This document shows, piece by piece, positions 40,866 to 52,300 of a DNA stretch of 64,000 nucleotides. Position numbers and translations under genes: made by a program. The stretch is from Selaginella moellendorffii (taxonomy: Eukaryota; Plantae; Lycopodiophyta). Every line of letters begins with the position of its first letter. Position 1 is the stretch's first letter. The DNA lies in contig NW_003314278.1 in the NCBI RefSeq assembly GCF_000143415.4, forward strand, positions 2,190,408 to 2,254,407, written 5' to 3'. The notes below the pieces were generated by a model. The model worked only from the letters and a program-made list of their open reading frames with translations. It was not told the origin of the DNA and made no database searches.

Positions 40866-41308
40866 TGTAACCTCATGAGTTTAAACTTTCCAGGAAGTCC
40901 AAACTCAAGAAGTTATATTTGGTATCAAAAAGGGTCTTAGATCCAACTCTATTGGTTGGTTAGAGGAATTACACCATATGTTAATTGACATCTAGTAGGT
41001 TTAGTTTCCTTTGGCTAAGTTCAACCTAAGGGGTAGAGTGTTAAGAGAGCAGGCCTCTCAAGAGAGTTGTGGCTCTTAATTTTCGTTCACTAGAGCGTAA
41101 ATTTACATGGAAGCATAATTAATTATAAATAACTAACTTGAGAGATGATCTATAGGGTTTAAATATAAAGGGAAAGAGCCCATAAATAAAAGTGCACTCT
41201 TTTTTCCAATTGATTAAAGGTATTAGGATATTAAGGGTTAAGTGTCTTTAGATTTGAATAGTACCGAGCTTGATGACTTCTTAGGAAGTCCAAACTCAAG
41301 AGCTTACA
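40866..41308 (+). mobile_element. Cassandra-like TRIM with a 5S rRNA-derived segment in the LTR
   Basis: An LTR-end remnant is followed by PBS TGGTATCA (40920), a 121-bp non-coding interior, PPT AAGGGGTAGAG, and a 270-bp LTR TG..CA (41039-41308) containing 5S-like 41237-41291. Confidence 0.75.
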
Positions 41309-42664
41309 GATGGATTATGAACAATTAAGGAGAACAAATAAAAAGATAATCCATTAAAATTCTAAAACTATAAAAATATCTTAAGCATTACTATGACTTG
41401 ATTAATCCTCATGTAGTCTTTGTAGGAAGTGGTTCAGTAATTATGAGGGAGTGTTGTTTTTTAAAGTGGAAATATAGATTGATATAAGTTTCAACAAGAG
41501 AAATTTATTATTATTTTAAAACTAACTTCTCTTTCTACTTTATAACAGAGATCACTCAGCTCATAATGCTCAAGAAACCCTTGATCAAAGCTACCTTATT
41601 TCAAATACAAAAGAAAATCTTCTCATCCTCACTAGTTATTTTGAGATTTCAAAAGGTTTAAAAGACCCTCAAACATCCTTCTATTGTCTTTTGAAAAAGC
41701 TTGAAATTATATAGTTAAATTATTAAAGTGCAAGACAACTAAACCTTATACTAAAAGTTGAATTTCACCCATATTTGAAACTAAATTTATACCCACTTGG
41801 ACTAAGTGCAACTCTTATTACAGAGAGATAAATAATTTAAAGTATTTTTATATCCCTTATTATTTTCAGAGAATTCATTAAGAGGATCCCACTTAGCATC
41901 ACTTAGCCAAAACACTATACTTCCTTATCTTATGAAAAATATCAATGCTCTTAAGTGAGTTCTCCGATAAAGTGGGTGGTACAAAGCATTGTTGATCATA
42001 TAACTAACATGCTCTACTAACATTCCTCTCATTCCAGGCACATACTCTACTAACAAGCAACAGACCAATGAAGTAAATTTTCCCTATTGTGCCACCTTGA
42101 AGTTTAAGGTTTACATTATAACAGCTAAAGCAAGATTTAAACCTTTAACATTTGCAAGAAGGTATGATTAGTATTTTGAGTAGGACATAATGTTTGTGAA
42201 AATGAATTCTCCTTTTTTATATAATGGCTACAACAATATAAGATACACAAGTAACCAAGCTTTCCACCGTAGTCACTCTCTCATATGAGAGATATGTTCA
42301 TTGATACAAATAAAAACTAGTGGCAAATGAATGCTATACAAATGGTAGTGAATAGCTTGGATGAATGTGTTTATGATCCATAATATAACTTATGCATGGC
42401 CTTATTAGACCCATGGGATATAAACATGATTGATATGGATATTAGATATCAATATATATACCATTCTATGCAAGAAAGAATATACTTAAAATATTTAAAA
42501 TATTTATACCCTTCTAACCAATAGGAATAAAATATATGGCACATGCAAGGGTTGCGAGTCAAGTATCAAGCAATTTACAAATTGTATAGTATACTATTGG
42601 AGGTTATTATGGTGAAGTGGAAAGTTATCACCTTATTTGCAAGAATTGAAACACAAACCCAATG

Positions 42665-43075
42665 ATAGTTAGCCTTAAATATCCCAAAACCATTAATCGA
42701 TTAAAAAAAGGGATACACTTTTATATATGGGCTTTTTCCCTTTATATTTAAACCTTTATAAATCATTTCTTGATTTTTTCCCTTTGATTGCTTACAATCC
42801 ATTACGCTTCTCTACAAGTTCACGCCCTTGTGAATGAAAGTTGAGAGTTGCAACTCTCCCAAAAATCCCACTCTCTTAACACCATACCCCTCATGTCGAG
42901 CCTAGTCAAAAGCAAGCTAAACTAATATCAATCTTAACATATGGTGTGATTCTCTTTGCTAATCGAGGGAGTCGAACCCAAGACCTCTCTAATACCAAAT
43001 GTAAAGTTATAAATTTAGACTTTCTAGGAGGTTACCCAATCCAGTAATATTCAAATTCAAGAATGTTTAACCCAA
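42665..43075 (-). mobile_element. Second Cassandra-like TRIM copy, inverted and truncated
   Basis: Reverse complement of the 40.9-41.3 kb element: PBS at about 42990-42997, interior 42882-42999, and 5S-like 43017-43071. Confidence 0.72.
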
Positions 43076-44115
43076 ACCCAAGCTCGAGTTCGAGTTCAAG
43101 TCCGAGTCCAAGTTTGAGTCCGAGTTCGAGTCTAAGAGGGTGAAAGCCCAAAGCATTCATCTCCCAGACCCTAGGAGGTTTGGTGAGCTCCAAAAGTATA
43201 ATAGGGGGAGGACTTCAGTGGAGCTAGTTTGGCTAGGAAAGGCCAGTTTGGCCCAGGAAGGCTGTACCCAGGTGTTGGGTGACAGGATAGCCACTGGGAG
43301 GTCCAACGCTAGAGTGAATATAGACCATCAAGCGGGGTAATTTGGTGAAGTGTTCAAAAGACGGCTGTAGTTCTTTTGGGAGATTAAATGGTCGATACAA
43401 GTATGGGTGGCACTACTTACTTGGATACCTGGCATGGCTCAACGGAACCTCGCTCTAAGCCCATGGCTAGAGCACCCAAAGGTGGAAAGTGGGGAGAGTA
43501 CCCATGAGGCTCGCGTAAGGCTACGGTGTTCTAAAATGTTTTCCCAAAGTCCCAGACTATAGAATGGAAGAGGAGCAATCCTCTGGTGTGGTGACCAAGG
43601 ACACGGTCATGTGGTGATAAAGTCTTAGAGGACAGTGGGACTTAGTGGTCGGGCCTATCGGCTTTGTCTCAGTGGTAGTGTAGGCAAACTCAGCCATAGA
43701 TAGAAAAAAGACTTGGTGGGGACTGTGAAAGGGATATTGGGAAAGGCAATTCCCCATATCTGGGGGCATCTTAAGGAATAGATCTTGGATGGTCACTCTT
43801 GGATAGATGGCCTAGTCATTGAGAGACGGGACTGCGATGTAGGTGGTGTTGAACCATTAGTATGACTAAGGTGAAGGGGCATGGCCTTAGCGTAACGAAC
43901 TGGTATGTCAGTGGTACCTTGGGGTGTTGGTCTTGGGACCGGACACGTGGAGCACTTGGACCAAGTGCAAAGGATGAGTGGCATGGATGCCATTTTTGAG
44001 GCTAGCAAGTCCCAAGTCCTGAATTAGAGTTAAGGAGGTTGTGAATGAGACTCCTCCAAGTGGGCGGAGGTGTGGTTAAGTGACTAAAATAGAATGGAAA
44101 ATTTAGTCTCTTACA
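43076..44115. mobile_element. Inverted partial family A LTR
   Basis: Reverse complement of about 55886-56930, ending TTACA at 44115. Confidence 0.85.
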
Positions 44116-47100
44116 GTTAGCTATAGATGTCTGGCCCGAAAATCTTATTACTAGGGAATAGAAATTAACTATTAGAGTGCCCTATTATATAGTGACAATA
44201 TAAATTATATTAGTCTCAGATGAGCTAGGTCAACACATTATAAAACACAAATCTTTAAATCCCAAATTGGAGCCCAAAATGTGGTAGCGGCCGAAGCAAA
44301 AGCTCAATGAATGTAGCATGTTTGGACTAGAAGCTCTAAATTAGGAAGTCGAGAGTAGGATTGGTACTCATAATGAAGTACTTTTATTTGTCATCAAATA
44401 TATCACCATTTGATATTAACATCAGAAGGTCCTAGAAATGGATTTATCCTCGAGGAGTAGCATGTCAAGAGAGCATGGATCTCCATTTCAGTTCAAATAG
44501 GAACATATAAGCAATGTAATGGATAGAAAGGGGCTAATAAAGGAATGACTTTAAGATGTTGGGAATAGTAGAAGGTTTTTCTTAGAGAGTTAAAGATGTA
44601 ACACATAAGCGTTTGATTTTGCAAATGGGTAATAAGCCTAATACCCTCATGAGCGAATGGTTCAAATTAAAACTAATCCAATGACTATTAAAATCCTATA
44701 TAGCTATGGTTGTAGTAAAAAATTATAGTTGTGATTATAAGAATGATAAAAACTCCTAGATAATAAAGGAGTAATAAGATTCTTCTCATATGGTTGAAGA
44801 TGGTGTTCAAGGATTTGAGACTAAAGTTTATGACTGTAAGAGGTCAAATATAGATGAGGAGATATATCCTTAAAATGATAGCTAGGGCTAACTCTAATAA
44901 ATATTGAAACAATTTAAAGAGTTAAGGGTGTACTTAAAGGATGAGTTGGTATTTTCATCATTTGAAAGGATAAATTCTAAGAGGCAAAGGTAATTTATGT
45001 GGAATAAAGAGTAATTAAATGTTAGAGTAACACTTGCAAGGATGGTTGAAACACATTTGGAGTGAGTGTATTATACCCAATCATGTATTGGGAGGATTAT
45101 GAGATTTAAGTATGTGAATACTAAGCATCTCATTGATGGCGGAAGGTGCTATACTAAAGTCATGAAAAAGTGTTTATGAAAAAAAACAACTTTTGCAAAG
45201 AGTTCTAAGTAAACACAAGAGTGAAGTATTAATCAATAGTTAGCATAAGAAATGACAAATATGACTTTTGTAAAAGATATAGATATAAGTGAAATATGTC
45301 ATGAGGATAGACCCATAGAGTTAATAGTGCAGAGACACCAAATATCTCAAGAGAAGATGCTTTGAAATCAAGTTGGCTAATTCATGAAAACCTCTCACTA
45401 AAAGAACCCCAATAGAAATGGGTTTAGCTTAACCTAAGCTGGAAGGCATAAGATTTGTCAAGACCCCCAACAAGATCAAAACTGGAAAATGTAGAAGACA
45501 AAGAGAAAAACTAGTGGAAACAAAGAAGAAACCTTAGATTGGTGTTAATTCAGATTGTGGAGAAATGGAACAAGGCTAACCTATATATACTATAGGTTGA
45601 TGAAGCTTCACCACTCTTAGATCGAGGATGGCTTAAATATAGTTGAGGTCGAGGAGGTGCCATATCATCATCAAGAATGTGGTTCGAGACTCATGAATCG
45701 GGAAGAATAGAGAAGTGTCTCGAGAGTCAGGAATGAAAAGAATGAGGACTGGGACGAGAAGGATAGCAGTGGTGGAAGTCCTGAACAAGGTTAAGAGAAT
45801 GAATCAGGTTGTCTGAAGGTTCCCAAGTGCATTCCTTAGGTCCGTAACCCTTCTAGTCTACCAGATAGTAGAGTTTAGACCGTGAGATCTTGGAATCAAG
45901 GATGTCCTGAACCTCGTACTCAAACCCATCCTCGAGATACATTGGTGGAGGCGGAGGAATGACCAAATTTGGAATAGGACTGGGAATATAAGACTTAAGG
46001 AAAGAGGAGTGAAAAATAGGGTGAATTTGATATGATGAGGGAAGTGCAAGGCGATAAATGACAAGATTAATGATGGCAGTGATAGGGAAAGGACCGAGGC
46101 ATTTGAAATTGAGTTTGGGACATGGCTTGGTGGTGGAGATATTTTGCCAGAGGAGCTAGATTTTATCCCCAATATTGTAAGGGGGACAATCCTGATGATG
46201 GACATTGGCAAATGTTTTATGAGATTGTTGAGCACAATGGAGGTGGAAGGAGATGGAGTTGTGGATTTCCTGGAGATTGGAGATAAATGCCTCAGAGCGA
46301 GGATTTGAACGAGAGGATTTAGATGGAGAAGGAAGTGAGAAATTGAATCGAGGATTGCAGCCAAAGTTTGCAAAGAAGGGGGAAATTTGAAGGGAGGAGT
46401 GAATAGAGTTGTTATAAGAGAACTCAGCAAAGGGAAGGATATCGAACCAATCATCCTAATGATAGTTGATGAAGCACCTCAGGAATTGTTGTAATGTCTG
46501 AATTGTTCGCTTGGACTGTCCATCAGTTTAAAGATGATACGTTGAAGAGAGGTTGGCCTTCACTACAAGCAACAGCAAGAACCAGTGCCAAAAATGAGAG
46601 ATGAACTGAGGTCCTCAATCCGAAACCACATCTGCGAAAATCCCATGAAGTCGGAAAATTTCCCTGAATACCAATTTTGCCATGTCCTCACCCAAAAACT
46701 CCTTGGTACACAGCAGGAAGTGCGCCATCTTTGTGAAGCGATGCACCACAACTAAAATGCTATTGAAGCCTCCAGAACTCAGAAGATCACTCAAGAAATC
46801 CATAGAGATGGATTCCCAAGGATCTGAAGGGACCGGGAGGGAACAAAGCAAACTTGAAGGAACGTGGCGAGGTACCTTATTCTGGGCGCAAGTGTCACAG
46901 GAGGTAACAAAAGCTTTGATGTAGTAGTCCATATGGGGCCACCAAAAATCTCATGTAACCAGCTCATAGGTTTTTGCAATGCCGAAGTGACCAGCAGTCG
47001 GGCTATCGTGGCACGCCATCAGGACCAACCATAACCCTAAACCCTTCAAGAACGTGAAGCTGCTCCCCACGGTACAACAAGCCATCTAAGAACTCGAACT

Positions 47101-48599
47101 CATCAAATCGCTAGCAGTCGGGAGTCACTAGGTATCCATCTTGAAGATGGGGGAAAATGTTGCTAGCGAGATTGTCGAATTGAAGATTGTTTCGGATCGC
47201 ATCCATCAAGGAGGAGTCCTAAAGGGCCAGGGAAATTGCCATAACATGAAGCCAATTAGGACCGAGGATAACCTGATCCTGTTGATTGAAGGTAGAATTA
47301 CTAGGCCTGAGACTAAGATAAGAGCGTCTTGAAAGAGCATTAGGAAGGCCCTAAAGCTTTCCAAGTCTATACTTGATGACAAAGTCAAACCGACTCAAAA
47401 ATTGTGCCCACCTTGCCTGATGACGGCTCAAAACTCAGGAAGTGGCAAAGTACTTGAGATTTTTGTGATCCATCCAGACCATTGTTTGATGGCTTGCCCC
47501 CTCCAAGAAATGACAACACTCTCCAAAGGAATCCAAGATGGCAAGGAGCTCCTTGTTGTGAATTTCATAATTGATCTCCGCAAGCTGGAATTTAATGGAA
47601 AGCGACCGGATGAAATTCCTAATCTGCTCCGAATTGAGATAGCACAACACTGATGGCCAAGTCGGAGGCGTTTGCCTCGATGAAGAAAGGTTGTGAGGGA
47701 TCAGCATGGATCAAAATGGGAGCAGAACTAAAGGCTGCCTTGAGTGTGTCAAAGGCTTGTTGGGCAGCAGCAGACCAAGAGAAGGGAACATCCTTGCAAG
47801 TGAGATGCGTGAGAGGAAGGACAATGTTGGAGTAGTGAGCAATGAATTTGCATTAAAAGTTGGTGAATCCAAAGAAAACCTGAACATCCAACATTGATTG
47901 TGAAGGCTCCCAATCGAGAATAGTCTTGACTTTGGCAAGATCCATCGTGATACCCTTAGGAGTGACAATGTACCCAAGGAACTCCACAGACTCCTGATCG
48001 AAGGAATGTTTCTCAAGCTTCATGTATAGGCCATATTCCCGCAGTTTCACCAGCACCTTGCACATATACTCGTCATGCTCCTCTTGAGTTTTCGAATAGA
48101 TGAGGATGTCGTCAAGGTAGACGATCACCATCTAATCAAGAAACTCCTAAAAGACATCATTCACCATGTGTTGGAAAACTGCTAGAGCATTTGTTAAGCC
48201 AAACGGCATGACAGTGTACTCGAAGTAGCCATAGCAGGTTCAGAATGTAGTGTTCCATTCATCGCCAGGCCGGATCCGGATCAGGTTGTATGCTCCACGG
48301 AGGTCAATCTTGGTGAAGAAGCGAGCACCGCCAAGGCATTCCAATAGGTCCAAGATCAGAGGCAGTAGATAATGGTTCGAAGTCCGGCACCAGCGAAGTC
48401 CATGCTCACTCCCACCCAAGGCCCCTCGGTCCCAGTCCCAACCTCAAGTCGGTTTGGAAGCCCAACTGGAGAGTCCCTTCAAAACTGGTTCCTAGACCTC
48501 ACTATCCCTGCTATACTTTTGGAACCCCCTGCAGCCCCCCCCCCCTGGGAGACGCACGCTTTGGGCTTTCACCCCTTGATCCGTATTAGTATTTGGACT

Positions 48600-48872
48600 T
48601 AGTCTCTGGCTCGATCTCGGACCCGATTTCGGATCCGACTTCGGATTCGGGTTCGGACTCGATCTCGGACTCGATCTCGGACCCGATCTCGGACCCGACC
48701 TCGGACTCGACCTCGGACTCGGTCTCGGACCCGATTTCGGATCTCGGACTCCGTCTCGAACTCGGTCTCGAACTCGGACTCGAACTCGGTCCCCGAGTCG
48801 GTCTCGGACTCGATTCCGGACTCTATCTCGAACTCGGTCCTAGAGTCGGTCTTGGACTCGATCTCGACTTGG
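48600..48872. repeat. 6/12-mer (CTCGGA-type) array inside the LTR
   Basis: Runs of TCTCGGACTCGA. The same array is at 54985-55258, and related CCATCTCGGACT arrays are at 39990-40220 and 56890-57205. Confidence 0.9.
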
Positions 48873-49360
48873 TCCTATCCGATGAACTCTTTGTCATTTT
48901 GGTCATGCTTTCGGGGTTTCTTTAGCCTACGACACCTCGGCGAGTTGGTTCCTTACAACTCCACCACCCATAGAAGAAGTTCGATGCCCACATCGAACGT
49001 CTCATTTTATCCTACGACTTGTTGACCATGTCTCCGGGGGCATCCCCCCACTTAGCGGTGTGCCTAAGTTAGCCTCCCCGGCCAAGAGCCCATGACAACG
49101 GAATATAGGTGTTCCTATACTCCTCACCTCACCACGCCCTAGTATGGGGTCGGGACTTGGACCCAGCCTTGCTTTACTAGGGGGTTGGGACTCGAACCCA
49201 ACCTCCGTAGAATACGTCTACGGATTCGACATCCCCGCGGGGAGTCGGGCGTAGTGCCCTACGCCTGGTCGACCTATCCAACCCATGCTAATTAGCTTAC
49301 CTTTGGCGCGCCTTCGGGTCCCAACATATGCCACTTGCTCAACTTTGCAAATTGATATTT

Positions 49361-52300
49361 TTAATTGAATTTTGCATAAGTACATAGAGTTCTGCCTTGC
49401 AGAAATTCCTCCACTAGATCTCGCGCGTTCGCTAGGTTCTCCTCCGGTTCCCATGTTGCTTCGCAGTATGGAAATCCTTTCCACTTCACATGGAACTCTC
49501 TCACCTCGCGTCCTTGTCGCTTGCTCTTGCGCACATTGAGGATGGCCTCGACTTCGTATTCCTCTTCCCCTTGGATAACCTCAGGTAAAGGTCTCACTTG
49601 GTCCTTGCGAAGCAGATCCTCAAAGTACGGCTTGAGTAAGTTCACGTGGAACACTGGGTGCATCTTCCCCATCTCTCGAGGAAGTCGGAGTCGGTAAGCC
49701 ACTTTACCGATTCGTGCCTCAATTTCATAAGGCCCCGTGAACCTGCTTAAGGAACTCAAGATCAATTCATTTACAGGAATACATGCATCTTTACCTTTGG
49801 GTCAACTTTCGGCTGATCCCACTTGGTAGTCTGAGGTTCTTGGTGTTCAGCCACACCTTCTCCCCAGCTTGGAACTCCACATCCCGACGCTTTTGGTTCG
49901 CATACTTAGTTTGCCTTTGTTGAGCCCATTCCAAGGAATCCCTCACTAGATTCCAAATGTTGAGTCTTTCCGCCGTGAATGCCTCCACTGCGGGTAACTC
50001 TCCATGATACTCGGCCATGCCGAGTTCCGCAGGACCTTCAATAGCTCGCCCATTGATGACTTCCCATGGACTCACCCCGATGCTTGAGTGTGGTGAGTTG
50101 TTATAACACATTTCCGCAAGTCCCAAATGACTTACCCAGTCGGTCTGGTCTCCCGAGACATAGCATCGCAAATAATCCTCCAGCTGCCTATTCACCCTTT
50201 CTGTTTGTCCGTCTGTCAAGAAGTGTTAGTGCCATCAATCTTGACTTAATACCCATTACCTGTTTGTGGGTGATAGGCTGTGCTGAATTTCAATTTGGTG
50301 CGATACTGTTCTAGGAGTGTCCTCCAGAACCTACTAGTGAAGATCTTATCTCGATCTGAGATAATCTCTTCCGGCCTTCCCCGCACTCGGACCACTTGTT
50401 CGAAGAATAGCTTCGCCACACCTTCCGCATCCACGTCCGTTGTGGTGGGTATGAAATGTGCCATCTTTGAAAATCGGTCCACCACCACGAATATCGCATC
50501 GAACCCCTTGCTTGGGGGTAGTCCCGTGATGAAGTCCATCGTAAGACATTTCCACGGGTGATCTGGAATTGGGATGCTTTGCAACAAGCCCCCACTAGCC
50601 TTAGTCACGGCTTTGACCTGCTGACATGTTGGACATGTCTTTACATAGTCTTGGACGTCCTTAGCCATATCTGGCCAATGGTACTTCGTCTTGAGTAAGC
50701 CCATCGTCTTGGGCACTCCGCCGTGTCCCGCAAGAGGTCCGTCATGACACTCTTCTAAGGCTACCTTCCTTAGTCCCCCTTCTGGAACATACACCCTCGT
50801 TTGCTTGTAATAAATGAGTCCGTTGCGTTCCGCATAGCCCGTTTTCTCTTCCGTTGGCAACTCACCTCTCTGGTGAGCTTCCCGCGCCTCCAGATTCCTC
50901 AACAACACTTCTTGTGCTAGACCATCATTCTCATATGCTGTCCGCACATCGTCCCAGAAGGTTGCTGTTGCGCTGGAGATCGCCAACCTCAAGCTCGCTT
51001 TTCGACTTAGCGCATCTGCCACGATGTTGCTCTTCCCAGGCTTGTACAGAATCTCGCAATCAAACTCGGCCAAGGCATTGGCCCACCGACCTTGTTTCCC
51101 TCTCAGGTCGGGTTGTGACAAGAAGTGTTTCGTTGCCACATTGTCCGTGTAAACCTTGAAGTGTCTCCCAAGGTAGTGTCGCCACTCCTTGAGCGCCTTG
51201 ACCACCGCAAACAATTCCTTCTCGTGGGCAGGCCACTTCCGTTGAGCCTTGTCCAGCTTCTTCAAGAAGAACGCTACTGGATGGTTGTCTTGCTTCAAAA
51301 CTGCGCCCAACGCAAAGTCCGAAGCATCCGTGTCTACCTCAAAGTCCTTACCAAAGTCTGGTAATGCCAACACCGGAGCCTTCCTCAACTTCCCTTTGAG
51401 GTGGACGAATGCCGCCTCGCATTCCGCTATCCATACCATCTTCCCTTTTCCCGTTTGATCTGTTAAGGGCAGAGCTACTCTCGAATAGTGTCTGATAAAC
51501 TTTCGATAGTAGTTGCATAGCCCCAAGAATGCCCTCAACTCATGTACATTCGATGGTCGCTCCCATTCCTGGATCGCTTGGACCTTCTCCGGGTCCACCT
51601 TGAGCCCGTCTTGGCCCACCACATGCCCGAGAAACTTTACCTCTTGCTGAGCAAAGTCACATTTGCTCTCTTTAGCATACAGTTTATGTTCCCTTAGTTT
51701 CTCAAACACCTTCGCCAAGTGTTCGGCATGCTCCTCTAGCGTCTCGCTATAGATCAGGATGTCGTCAATATAGACAACCACGAAGTGATCCAGATAGGGT
51801 ACAAAGATGTGGTTCATCAACGCCGAAAACGTTGCCGGCGCATTGCACAGCCCAAAGGGCATCACCAAAAACTCAAAGCTCCCATACCTCGTTCGACAGG
51901 TTGTCTTCTCGACATCTTCCTCGGCTACCCTGATCTGGTAGTATCCTGACCTTAGGTCAATCCTCGAGAAGTATTTTGCCTTTCCCAACCTATCGAACAG
52001 GTCCTCAATCCTTGGCAACGGGTACTTGTTCTTCTTGGTATACTTGTTGAGCAACCGGTAATCTATGCACATGCGCATAGATCCATCTTTCTTTTTCACA
52101 AATAATACCGGTGCCCCATACGGCGACTTGCTCAACCTAACATACCCTTTGCCCACCAACTCCTCTAGTTGGCACTTGAGCTCCTTGAATTCTTTTTCGT
52201 TCAAACGATAGGGGGGACGAACCACCGCCTCCGCACCCTCGACCAGCTCAATCTTATGTTCTATCGGTCGTGCGGGGGGTAACCCCGCCGGTAGCTCCTC

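Noticed and set aside
48593-48925. SDPISD/LGLELG repeat ORF, also at 54979-55311 and similar ORFs at 56660-57298
   Set aside because: They arise from translating LTR 6/12-mer arrays. The arrays are not CRISPR, since there are no unique spacers.
49330-49400. Possible third intron after the chromodomain
   Set aside because: The stretch is AT-rich, but only a weak GC donor and no clear acceptor are present, and no conserved motif is restored.
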